This document shows positions 1-11,881 of a stretch of 64,000 bases of DNA, piece after piece. The translations under genes and the position numbers were made by a program. The DNA lies in contig NW_027266270.1 in assembly GCF_022045235.1 (NCBI RefSeq), positions 21,390,001-21,454,000 of the forward strand. Direction: 5' to 3'. Origin of the DNA: Haliotis cracherodii. Taxonomy: Eukaryota. Numbering within the stretch: the first letter of the stretch is position 1; every line of letters begins with the position of its first letter. The notes beneath the pieces are model-generated. The model was not told where the DNA came from. It made no database searches and saw only the letters and a program-made list of their open reading frames with translations.

Positions 1-1499
1 TAATCAGTTACCGCAAGGCATATACAATGTGACCATACTGTTGTCGGTGAATATTTCTATCTGGATTTATACACTTGGAGTCAGTGTTAAATGTTTCTGT
101 AATTACTTATATTTGGTTGGTTGCTTGCGCTGCATTTAGAAATAATAAATCCTTAACAAGGCCGCCTATACATCTACATGGCTGGGTCACATTCATCTAC
201 AAAGACGCCGAGTCTGAGCACCCGATCTAATTTAGTCGCCTCTTACGAGACACAATAGATTGGTGGACCTAATATATCCCAGTGATGTGTCATTGTTTGA
301 TTCTAATATGTTGAGTAGCCAACAATTAGTTAAGGCAAATAATCAAGTTTTGTCTGTGTAGTCAATGCATTGTCCTCAGAAATCTAACTTCCATGTTTCA
401 AGAAATAGATGTTTCAATTCAACAAAGACACGCCATTCTGTCAATAAAATCGACAAAACACTTTCATATTCATTAGAATATACGAGTGTCCCCTGGATTG
501 CTATATACGCTAAATAGCAGGAAAAGGTCTGCACTTGCTTGTCGTCATGCACAAGCAATACCGACAGTTTTAGAGAACGATCCCGTTACCTGTCTCTTAC
601 AACAAGTGTAGATTGCTGAAGGGCAATTTAATCTGGGTCTTCACGGGGGCTGTGGGAAAGTGGTGGAAACACTCTGTAAAATACTTCTGATATGTAAGTA
701 CTATAATTTGAAACTGATCATGACACATGTATATACCAGATAACCCTGGAAGCTGCTCCTCCAGGTACGAAAGCGGCAAAATGCAGGTAAGATGTATAAT
801 TGGTTTTGTGACAAATACTCTGTCTTGCAAAACTACGAGGAAATCTGCACAGGAAAATGAAAACGCATTTCGGCGTCCTAATTAGATAGGTGCCACAGAA
901 ACAATAATCTGTCTTTTCTGACCTCGACCTTTGTTAACACGTGTGTTCTGTTCACGGAAACTTTACTCACTATCTTCACCCTGCTGTATGAATGTATGTG
1001 CAACTAATAAAACTGAGTGGTCATGAGAACCGCGCAATCGTCAGTCTGTGCTACTGGCGAGCAGCTCTAGCTGCTACAGATTGCCCAGGAACGCATCTTC
1101 CATTTACAAGATACAAAACACGTGTTTAATTCAATGAAGAATAAGGATACTGTTGGCAAAACTGACAATTCTTTTAAAAGGTGCCATGCTAATATCTCAC
1201 TTAAGTAACACCACACATGTGTCTATATCTATGTAACGTCTTCACGATATACGTGTAAAGCGTTACCTTTATAGGAGAAACGTTCAGTCGTGAACACTCA
1301 AATGCGTACCTGAGTGGGTCATTATTATTTCACGTAAGAGTCAGTAACATTCCAACTATACCCTGGCATAATGTTAATAATAAACGAACAACGTCACCGG
1401 GGCATGATGACTGAATCTCTTTTTTTAATCGACACGTCATGCATAGGGTGGTTGGTGACAAAACCCTTTCAATATTCATCAGAAATATCTACCAAGAGA

Positions 1500-1850
1500 T
1501 GATTGAACAATTCCGAAAACGTGAACGTACGTGTATCCTGCCACACCGGTAGCTCCCGTCACAAACACATGCAAAGGCAAATAAAAAAATACGGGAACAT
1601 ATTGTAAAGTGAAAATAGGTAATGGCATCTGACATAAGTTTTGTCCCTGATGCATCAAATTTGGAAATGTCATCCACATCTCTACCATAGAGTGTTTTTT
1701 GAGGGCTTGAATGTTGTAACCTTGATCAAACAACTTCTGAGAAAGATTCGTATGTCGCTCCTTGAAATCTTGAAAGAAAGAGCATGCTCGATTTTACCTT
1801 TAACGTAGTGAGATGAAGACTTCAAGGGCTGGAGCTGCAAGAATATTGCT
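1500..1850 (-). mobile_element. Penelope-like retroelement 3' fragment (RT C-terminus and 3' region)
   Basis: The minus strand reads ...RACSFFQDFKERHTNLSQKLFDQGYN..., the RT C-terminal motif of molluscan Penelope-like elements. It is followed by the gtgacgggagctaccggtgtggcagga motif. A copy lies at about 55093-55443. Confidence 0.65.
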
Positions 1851-2329
1851 CTTGTCATACAGGTGGAGAGAAAACCATTAGCGCCGCGATATCGACCACG
1901 CAGGACACCACAAACAGAACGTTTAAGGTCGTTTCACAAACCACTTAGTTTACAAAGCGTTGTAAAATCTTACTGCCTTAAAGACAGACCAGCATATGTT
2001 TAAATAATCTTCGCTCTGAGGTGGCGACATTTGCCATCATTTCGGATGTAATCCATATAGGGAATGTCCAGTACATAATTCACATACTAAATGCTAAAGA
2101 CGATTTTGACTTTATTTCACTTATAAACGAGTTGATACTGCGATGGAGTTCCTGGCCTACACATGTTTAATTGATATGCATATGCGGATCTGTACGGAGG
2201 TTGAAGGGGTGCGCAAACATATAGTACCCAACATGTTTGAAGCACACTAAACATTTATGCTGTCAGAGGTTTTATAATAAGCACACAATGAGTAATAAGA
2301 GTAAGTAATCCTTACCATGTTTATATGAA

Positions 2330-3600
2330 ATCTGCTATAGCAGAGTCTATTGTATAATTCCGACTACGGATAGGGCTTGGGAAGGGAATTGAAATCGGAG
2401 AGGCAAATATTGCTGCTTTAGCTTATGCAGATGATATCGTTCTATTGGGAGAACATGTAGCAGACTTGCAAACTCTCTTATCAGCCCTGAACACATTGTG
2501 TATACATCTTATTATCTTCACACCATCAGAAAAATCCTAGATTGTCCACTTTAGAGGTCCTAGCATTCCAAGGACAGCAACAGTATTCTAGAGTGGTGAT
2601 ACCGTTTTAGGCGATGAACATTCGTATCATTATCTCGGTGTGCTTTTAACCGAACACCTAGACTATAACGCAATGGCTTATTGTGCGGCGAAATAAGCAA
2701 ACACATTTAAAGCAATTGATGGTATGCCTTTTAACGTTTATACCAAACTATACGACACTGTGGTATGGTCGGTTTTAAACTGTGCCGGCAATATGAGGAA
2801 CGACAGAGTATTCTGCAGTCAATGCTTTCCACCATCGGGCTATTTGATTTTTCCGAGGACTTGGAAAATATGCACCAAACATTGCAATAAATGGAGAAGT
2901 AAGTTGGATCGCACCATATATCAGATCATGGACAACAGTCTCAAGACACTTGGCCAGATTTATCAACATTCCAAACAGAAGAATAACCAAGAGGATATGT
3001 GTGTGATCAAGCAGCTGCAAGAGGAGCTGGAATGTTAGAGTGACGTCATGTCTAGAGAGAATCGACCTGGGACATTTGACAAGCATAAATACCCAAACTG
3101 AAACAAAGTTATTTGTTGCAACGGTGCAAGAACTCCTTATGTTGGAATATAAGTCTAAATGGAGGGACAAATGATTGTTGGAGAAAGGAAACCGTGAACG
3201 AAACAAACTAAGAAGCTACAGGTTGTTAAAGAAAGTCAATAGCACAGTAAAATACGTGGAATATCCTCTCAGTGTTGCTCACAGGAGCTCCCCAGCTAAA
3301 TCCAGCTGCGGAGTGGCCCCATTTAAGATAGAGACTGGACGTTACACTAACATACCACCAGAAGAGAATTTGCTAGATTTGAACATACCAGCTGGAAGAC
3401 GAGATCCATGTTTTACTTATCTTTATACGACGACGCGAGGGCTGATCTTCTGAATCACCGTAGTCTTAAGTTACGAATTTTAATAATTACTCTTATAGTG
3501 AAAGGTTTACACAGATTTTATCAAATGTTGATATGATTTCTTGCGTGGCCAAAACCCGCCATAACATTTTAGCAAATCGACGTTCCATTAATATCTACCC
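2330..3600 (+). mobile_element. Degenerate non-LTR retrotransposon (RTE-X-like), RT to C-terminus
   Basis: Contains IAALAYADDIVLL (RT YADD motif), YHYLGV and GVAPFKIETGRY, with many stops and frameshifts. A copy lies at about 55920-57180. Confidence 0.8.
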
Positions 3601-4558
3601 TCGATACAAAATTCCTGGTTGCACTTGTTGTTTCAATCTTAGCTAATTGATAGTTTTAGTAATACATCCCGTCATTTGTTCAAAAACCTTCATTTTTATC
3701 TTCTCAATATGAGGAAGGTCGGTATCATTTGAAAAACTAAGTATGTAGTAAATGAATATTAACTCATAGTAATTCTGTGTTTAAGCGTCGATCTCCATTA
3801 TAAAATGTGGTTGCCATAAGACGGAACACACATATATGTACATTCCCTGATTCAAATTATTCGAATTTCTGAAATGTCTAACACATGTTTCTACACATAA
3901 ACGGTGTGTGGTCATGACCATGGCGTTAACGTGATTGTTAATGTGTGAACGTTTCTCTAGTTTATCAGGCGCTGTAAAATTTGTAGCCATTCAATAATTC
4001 GTTTGATAATTGTAGATTTTGTACAAAACACGTACGTCAAACTAACATCAGGCAACAGTTATCCGATTTCTCCAAAGTCGGAAGCGTCCATGTTTAAACC
4101 CTCATGGTGTGACTGAATGACGTGTAGAGTTATCGCATGTAAAATTATGGTTGTTTAATAAAAGGCATATGCACTTTTTGTGTATCATGTACCTATGCAT
4201 AATTGATTATTGTATGGATTTTTATGGATTACCAACATACATTCATCAAAGGGTCAGTTCTGAATCGTAGCATAAACAAATTATTTATCTGAATTGACGT
4301 TTATTTAGCATTACTTGCTATCAGTCATGGAAATCGATCACCATAAGTATCAAAACCTTGCACTGCAAAGTTAAAGAATATTTGAAATGGGTAGACAAGG
4401 AGCAACTTGGTAAACAGACACATGGACAGATATGCCCGGATAGCCGAAAAAAGAAGAAAAAGAGTGATACTGAAACAAACAATTAGAAAACTAAAAAAGC
4501 ACTTTACAGACGGATGCGGATGTGATACAGACGGATGAGGATGTGATTTGAGACATTT

Positions 4559-4690
4559 TGAGTGAGTGAGTGAATATAATTTCACGCCACATTTTGCATT
4601 GTTCAAAATAGGGAGACACCAGAAATGACATTCGTGCATTGTAACACTTTTGGGATTTGAACCCAGCACTACGAGCCAACCACTTGTCTT
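4559..4690 (-). mobile_element. Degenerate tRNA-derived SINE (family A)
   Basis: (GTGA)n tail, gagacaccagaaatg core and a B-box remnant (gatttgaaccc). A copy lies at about 58146-58275. Confidence 0.7.
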
Positions 4691-5639
4691 ACTAACTGTC
4701 CCTGACATATTTTGATAATAAGAGCGACCGAGCAGTCTATATATTCGTTTTAGTTCGCCCTCGGGCTGTCATAAACACACATGATGTAATTGATGCGTGG
4801 AAATAGTACCATGCGTGAGTAATCCATATTTGTGACCATCTCTATTTCAATGGGAGACACCGCCCCAATTTGCTCGCTATGTGGCGCAAATGTACTAGTG
4901 GTTATATGTCACAACCGGAAGTCAGCTTTCAAAGTGGCTCGTATCGAAGATTCACTCGACCGTTATCAGCTATGCCAAGATACTGCTCTGTTCCGGGTTG
5001 TAAAAATAAGATTGGAGGACATAAATACCCTTCAGACCCCGACCTGCAACAAAAGTTGCGCGTGGCGGTAAGAAGAGTTGATGTTCCAACAAAGAATCTG
5101 TGGAAGCCAGGGACAGGCGACGTAGTCTGTAGGGCTCACTTCACTGATGATGATTTCGTGGATACACTATTAGGTTCGTAAAAACAGTATTATTTTGTCT
5201 GTTGAGAATGATAAATAATTATTAGTGCATGGTTTTCTTACTGTTTTTTTTTTGTATGTTGGCAAAGAAAAGCGCAAAAGCAGAATATATTAGCCTATAA
5301 CAAATATCGAATAGCCAATATCCTCATGATACTGGTAACTGGGCCCTGTTGATCAGCTGTTCATTCACAGACCCAAACATTAATGAATAGGCCTAAACAT
5401 TTGATTGTATATTTATTTATGTATGTTATTATGTAAACAATCTTTCTTTTATTAACTATAACAACGAAGTAAATTTATTCATAGACAAAAATATACATGT
5501 CAAAATGTGATTTATTAATATTGAATAGCCAATATCCTCATGCTTCTGTTCAGCAGCTGTTCATTCACAGACCCATTTTCCTTAGTAAATATGATTAAGT
5601 TTCTGCTTGCATAAAGCAATGTAAAGATATTTCTATAAT

Positions 5640-6056
5640 CAGAGCTCCAGATAACTTTTTTTGAGCAAATGAGTTTTTATTCTAGGGTTTCTATTTTAAA
5701 TGGGTTATAAGTATAACATTTTTCATAGGGTAACCAATATTATTTCAATCATCCATTCATGACTCTATTCGGATTTTCCCAAAATTAGTGAACATTTATC
5801 ATTAGATGTATATAACTGTACTTAATATATAGGCTTGACTCAGATAGTAAATTAGCTCATAATTGTGTTTCGGAAATTAGCCCTGTTTTACGATTGCTGA
5901 AAAAGCTTCATTGGGTATTAACGCATGCTGTTTTCATACATTTGAGTTTTTCCTTAAATGCATGCGTTTTTGCACACAAGATAATCAGTGTGTAATTGGG
6001 TTTTTAATATTTTTGGGGAGTATTTTACACAAATGTGCAGCTTATCTGTAGCTCTG
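5640..6056. mobile_element. MITE inside the transposase intron
   Basis: 15-bp terminal inverted repeats cagagctccagataa ... ttatctgtagctctg. A copy lies at 59224-59640. Confidence 0.65.
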
Positions 6057-7292
6057 TATAGCGTACACACACATTTTGATAATGAATATCATACAAAAAC
6101 AACCATGAATGTGTCTTCAACTTGTGTATTGTTGATTTATGCCATGTTTGCAAGTGAATTTAGATATTATTATTTTGGTTGATTCCTTGTTAAATGTTTG
6201 TTCTTGTTGCTTTGTGTTAAATTCCTGTTTTTAAGGAGCCATACAAACGATGACAAGCCTGAAGCTTCCGACAGAAGAATTACTCAATGAGGCCTGGGAA
6301 ACTCAGTTTTGTACAATTTTCTATTATTGGTAAACTCTATAAGTAAATCACTAGAGGAATTTGAGGTGGTTCGACATGTAACATTACTTCATTGTTGTTA
6401 AATTTTCACCTGCATTTTCATATAATTAATAAGACTTATAAAAAATTAAAAGCTACTTGCTTATTTTCTTAATTCTTAAGAGGAAAATCACCTCAATATG
6501 CATTTGTTTTCATTTCAATAAATTGAAACCTTTCATTTTTCTGTAACTTACGTTAAATGTATTTAACATAAGGTGAACAAGGTCGTCTCCGGGCAGCTGC
6601 GGTTCCCTCCATCTTCCCACATACATCATGCACCAGTACATCAGCACTACCAACTCGACCAAAGAGGGCACATCAACTCCGGGAAGAAGAACCCAACATA
6701 GCTATATTGAATGTGTCGTCGGAGGTGGAAATCGGTATCGGAGAGGATTGTGCTATCACAAGCCCAAGTAGCTTGAATGAGCCTCTTGAAACATGTAAAA
6801 GTGACTCTCAGTCTACTCAGTGCAGTTTGTTAGGAAGTTGTTCCATAGAAACCTACATAAAAAATCCCAAAGCTGTTTTGTACTTCGCTGGTTTCCAAGA
6901 TTATGACCATTTCATGTTTTTCTTTCACTCGCTTGGTCCAGCAGTTTTTGAACTGAACTATCAATGTGAACTCTTGCACCCAAAAGACCAACTGTTCTTA
7001 ACTCTAATGAAATTAAGACAGGCCAAGGATGACATTGAATTAAGTTTCTTGTTTGGCATATCATCATCCACTGTTTCCCAAATTGTAATAACATGGATCA
7101 ATTTCTTATATCTCCAACTGAAGGAACTACAGATATGGCCATCAAGAGCAACCGTTGATGATCACATGCCAACAGATTTCGGTAAGAAGTTTAAAAACAC
7201 TAGAGTCATTTTGGATGCAACAGAGATAACATTAAAGAAGCCATCTCATGTTGATGCTCAGAGCATGACATGGTCCAGCTGTAAACATCAAA

Positions 7293-7349
7293 GTGAGTGA
7301 GTATGGTTTTACGCCGCTTTTAGCAATAATCCAGCAATATCACGGTGGG
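7293..7349 (-). mobile_element. 5'-truncated SINE family A inserted in the transposase, 12-bp TSD
   Basis: TSD gtaaacatcaaa at 7281-7292 and 7350-7361. Copy 2 has the empty site at about 60844. Confidence 0.92.
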
Positions 7350-7856
7350 GTAAACATCAAAACACATTGAAAACCATGATCGGTTGCACACCCAGGGGAG
7401 CAGTCTCATTTATTAGTGAATCTTTTGGGAGTCTGCGAGTGACAGACAGATCATAGAACAGTCTCCTTTACTTAACCCATCACATGGTATGTTTGAAAAA
7501 CAAGATAGCATTATGGCTGACAAGGGCATTATGGTTCAAGACTTATTTGCAGCCCAAGATGTTCAAGTAAACACCCCAACTATGTTAAAAGGCAAGTCAC
7601 AGTTAGAACCAGAAGATGTTGTTAAGGATAGAAGAATTGCTTCTAAAAGAATCCATGTTGAACGTATAATTGGTCTGAGTAAAACTTTCAAAATTCTGAA
7701 AAAAACATCTCCCACCAAGTAAAGTGGATTGTTTATGTTTGTTTTGCTATTTCAAATTTCAGAAATTCCATTGAAAATGAATTTGCTTGAAGCATCTCTT
7801 CTTTGTGATATCTGTGACTGAAATTTGTAGTAGTAGTAGTAGAATTTTATTCAGTA

Positions 7857-8022
7857 GTGTGAGTTAATGAGAATTGTTTTACACCACTTTTAGCAATATT
7901 CCAGCAATATCATGGCGGAGGACACCAGAAATTAGCTTCACCCATGTTACCCAAGTCGGGAATTGAACCCGGGTCTTCGGCGTGAGGAGTAAACACTTTA
8001 GCCATAAGGCCACCCCACTGCC
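7857..8022 (-). mobile_element. tRNA-derived SINE family A
   Basis: Full head (ggcagtggggtggcc...gacccgggttcaattccc) and tail. A copy lies at about 61371-61535. Confidence 0.85.
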
Positions 8023-8282
8023 TTATACAGTAGTAATATAATCGGTATGGTCACATGGCCTATAGTACAGTTTTTCGTAATAATAAGTGGTCATGTGAGA
8101 GCTCGTAATTTGAAAACATGTTTCATATACAGAGCAACAGATTTAAGGAGATGTACAGTTCTTGTATTTAGCTTATTGACCATTGAATGAGTGTTGTTAA
8201 AGCTATGAAAAGGTAATTTTAATCACAGAGTACCTTGGGCATATAAACCTAATATGATACTCATCTTCAACAAAATCTAAAT

Positions 8283-8490
8283 GAGAATCGGTCTTCAGCA
8301 CCCCATGCTTGCCGTAAAAGGCGACTAACAGGCTCGCTGACTTGGTTGATGCATGTCATCTATCCCAATTGCGTGGATTGATGCTCATGATGTCAATCAC
8401 TGGATTGTCTGATCCAGACTCGATGATTTACAGACCGCTGTCATATAGCTGGAATATTGCGGCGTAAAACAACAAACAAATAAACCAACT
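8283..8490 (+). mobile_element. SINE family B (head partly deleted; intact in the copy at 61797-62040)
   Basis: Matches the family-B consensus: cttcagca..ccatgcttgccgtaaaaggcgactaa...gctggaatattgc...aaacaacaaac. Confidence 0.85.
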
Positions 8491-8745
8491 AAATGACAAT
8501 ATGTATATAAAGTATTAAAGTTACCTACATTTTCACATTTATGGAGCTGAACTGAATTCATTAAGGCTTTAAAATGTGACTGGTGGTGTTGAAAATTCAA
8601 TTTGTAAGGTAAAGTCTAACACGATCGTAAGATTCTAGCGTGACTGATGGTCGCAACTTCGCTCAACGAATCCCGACGACTTAGACAGGGCAGTCCCCAT
8701 GCTCTCATGATCTGTCATTAAAGGGAAGGGTTAAACGTATATATA

Positions 8746-10237
8746 TTCTCACACGCAAGAGAAACGCAAGTGGTTTTAAGCAAATAGGTAACAAACACGG
8801 AACCATAAATTGATGCGAGTTTTAGCATGTAGTGAAGCCTGATGGTGTTATCAATATTTTTTGTTGCATTTAGAAGCCCCGAATAAAAACGCAACGTTAA
8901 AAACGAATCGCCAAAACGCACCATTTCAATGAATATGTGGGTATCGCGAAATCGAAAATGCACGAACTGTCACGAACTGTAGTGGGTATAAAACTGTGGC
9001 CGATTCTGGGACCTACCACTAATTGGTCAACAATGCCACGCCTAACTCAAATGCAGAGAAACCAGGCTATCGGACGTTTTGAAGCTGTAGAGTCTGTCCA
9101 AGATGTTGCCCGTCATTTCAACGTTAACATAACCACAATTTACCGTCTCCTGCATCGGTACAATGCTACACAGACCACAGATGACCTTCCTCGGAGCGGT
9201 CGTCCTAGGGTCACCACACCCCAACAAGATCGGCAGATTACTGCACGTGAAAGTGCTCGACAGACCATAGGAACACATAATCGACATATTAGCCGGGACA
9301 CTGTGATCCGACGTCTTCGTTCCAACACCCTCAGATGTCGCCGACCAGCACGTCGTCCTGTTCTCCAACGACGTCATCGACAAGCACGACTTCAGTGGGC
9401 TCAGGGTCATCTCAATTGGCGTCATCGTGAGTGGAGGCGTGTCATCTTCTCTGATGAAAGTCGCGTTTGTGTCTCCCATGCAGACGGAAGAGTCAGACTT
9501 TGGCGGCGTCGAGGTGATCGTTTTGCTGACAGAAACGTTGTGGAAAGGGAACCATGGGGTGGACCTAGCGTCATGATATGGGCAGAGTTTGGACTTAATG
9601 CAAGACTTGGCCCCATGTGCTTTCTGAATGTTGGTCAAGGTCGGGGACACGGCGTCACTGCTCAGCGGTATATCGACCAAGTGATCAGACCCCACGTTGT
9701 TTTGAACAACAATAACAACACATTTTCCAGCAAGACAACGCTCGTCCCCATGTTGCCAGAGTTAACATAGCCTTTCTGCAACAACACAACATCCGTGTTC
9801 TACCGTGGCCAACCCTCAGCCCTAATCTGAACCCCAACTAACACTTGTGGGATGAGGTTCAAATGCGTCTGAACAATGTGCGCCAAGTCCCTACAACTGC
9901 CGATGAACTACGCACAGCTGCTCTGGATGTGTACAGGAGGATCCCTGGGGCCTTCACAAATCGTCTGATCCACTCAATGTACAGGAGATGTGTGGCAGTG
10001 ATCAATGCTAATGGTGGTCACACCAGGTATTGACTAACATTTTGGGTATTGACCCGAAACTGTGTAAGCCCTAAACATTTGAAAAAAAACAATTATGCCA
10101 TCCGCCTTTTAATCCATTAAACTGTCTTCAGTCAAATTTTTGTCAATTTTGCCCTTTTAATATTTCTTGCCTTTACTGTTGAAAATAAATAACATGTATA
10201 CTGCATACTCGACTTGCGTTTCTTTTGCGTGTGAGTA
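8746..10237 (+). mobile_element. Tc1/mariner DNA transposon, full length, defective transposase (9033-10033)
   Basis: About 26-bp TIRs (TACTCACACGCAAAAGAAACGCAAGT) flanked by TA. Transposase MPRLTQ...GRPRVTT...FSDESR...QQDNARPH...WPTLSPNLNP*HLWD...GGHTRY. Frameshift near 9710 and a stop at the catalytic E position. Confidence 0.93.
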
Positions 10238-11881
10238 TACATCAGGAGTTATTCTTTTCCATTAGGGCATATTAACATATAAAAAAACCCAGAAGTAATG
10301 AAATTAAACAATATCAATAATTCATTTATAATTTAAGATTAGATACAACTACACATAATCAGCTCCAGCAAGGGATCGTCACGTGCGTGCCTTGATAAGC
10401 CGATGCCGCGCAGCCATTGAGAACCGATTTGTCACATGTTTGTTCAAACAATGATTTCCTGTCTGCTTATATTTCAGGTCTGAAAGATTTAAGTTAGAGT
10501 GTAATCGTATTTGGTGCATATTATCTAGGACAGCTTTACCATGTACCTTTCGATAAGACCGGTAACTGTGACATAACGTTACTGTGGACACAACCCGATA
10601 CACTGTAAACAAATATGTAATTTGTTTAATGTTTTCGAAATACATATTCGAAATGCATATACACGTTTGTCACAAAGCTAATGTAATTTAAAGAATAAGC
10701 CCCTACAAGGGTAGCGAAACAATACTTCTATCTGTCATGATACGGATGACGGATGACGTTTGGCAAATAAAAAGCTACCACAACCAATCTCGTATTTGCA
10801 CGACGAGATCAATAAATCACGACCATGAGTCAATATTCGGACAATATTCTTTTTATAAATCAAAAAAAAAATTGAACTTTAGTTTTGTAATTGTATGTTT
10901 GACAATGCACATTTAATAGTAAATATATTTTCAAGCAACTGCTTAAACATTTAATACCCAAACCTTATTGCCACACCAATTAACACACACTAGACTGATA
11001 TAGCTGTCGGTATTTTGGAATATGTTTTAGACATATGTCTACGCCTGACTTATTAATATCAATATGAATTGTATGTGTTCATCACTAAAAACTGACGAAG
11101 AACTGTCAAGTTACATATAGGTTGTTAATGCGCCGGTATTATTTTCATTGTAGGGAAGATATACTTCTGTTGCAGTCTGCCTAATACTGGATTACTATTT
11201 TCCTTCTTTCTCTATCACACCACGCACACCATATATAATATGCTAATAGACCGAAATATCATGCAAGGCTGATTGTTTTTGCAACACAAGTGAACACTGT
11301 TGGCCCATTTGGTTAGGCGTCGAAACCCGTTGTGCAGAGAAATAGTCATGGTCGGATGTATCAGAGAAAATGTAAAATATTGACCTGTTTGAATTGATTC
11401 GCGAAAAATGCTGACGGATCTGACATATTAATCTGAATCAGCCTTTTCTGTGGAAATTTGACACGGTCAGACATATCTTCCTCTTACGCATAAGCGGGTA
11501 TAGGTCTTAACACACATCATACAGCTATACCTACTTTTCGTTACAACCTGACAGGGGAGCAATGTCGTTATTTGCAGATAAAATACCCCCTCGTTTCCAT
11601 AATTATACGAATTCTCTGCTAAAGCCAGTGTCCTTTGTTCCGTTCCGACTCCATCATGAGCATGCGTGTATGAATCAACGGTAATCACTTGGTTATTTGA
11701 TTTATTCCCTTTTATAATCACTATATTTAAAGACCATGGTAAATAGAAGATTATGTTTGAAGAATCATGATGATTGACAGGAGGAGTGGCTCTAACACAG
11801 ATGAGTTATGTCTAACATTGGCTTCCATGCAACATCGCCTCCGTGGTCTAGTTGGGGAGTGTCTGCCCGGTGAGCGGAAGG

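Larger units (their letters stand above)
4972..7790 (+). pseudogene. Spliced THAP-HTH-DDE_Tnp_4 transposase pseudogene (exon 1 4972-5173, exon 2 6573-7790)
   Basis: Exon 1 MPRYCSVPGC...VCRAHF joins in phase 1 (G|gttcgt...ataag|GT) to GEQGRLRAAAVPSIFP, the THAP AVPT-like box. Also DQLFLTLMKLR (HTH) and catalytic ILDATE / MADKG / IHVER. Disrupted by a SINE at 7293-7349 and frameshifts near 7428 and 7705. Confidence 0.88.
1..8621 (+). repeat. Segmental duplication, copy 1 (homologous to 53590-62170)
   Basis: Position 1 (taatcagttaccgcaagg) matches 53590, and the two regions stay colinear with scattered substitutions and small indels up to ...aaagtctaaca at 8621/62170. ORF-track entries occur in pairs, e.g. 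376/53969, 4870/58456, 7489/60985. Confidence 0.97.
4720..8621 (+). mobile_element. ISL2EU/PHIS-type DNA transposon, copy 1 (right half missing)
   Basis: Contains the THAP + HTH + Harbinger-like DDE transposase. Homology to copy 2 stops at 8621, before the YqaJ gene. The left end (AT|AAGAGCGACC) is inferred only. Confidence 0.75.

Noticed and set aside
1455-1495. CTGATGA-atatt-GAAA on the minus strand at the end of a Penelope-like fragment (possible hammerhead core)
   Set aside because: Stems I and III do not form in the canonical register, so it is at best a decayed remnant.
9042-9695. 217-aa minus-strand ORF
   Set aside because: Antisense shadow of the Tc1 transposase.
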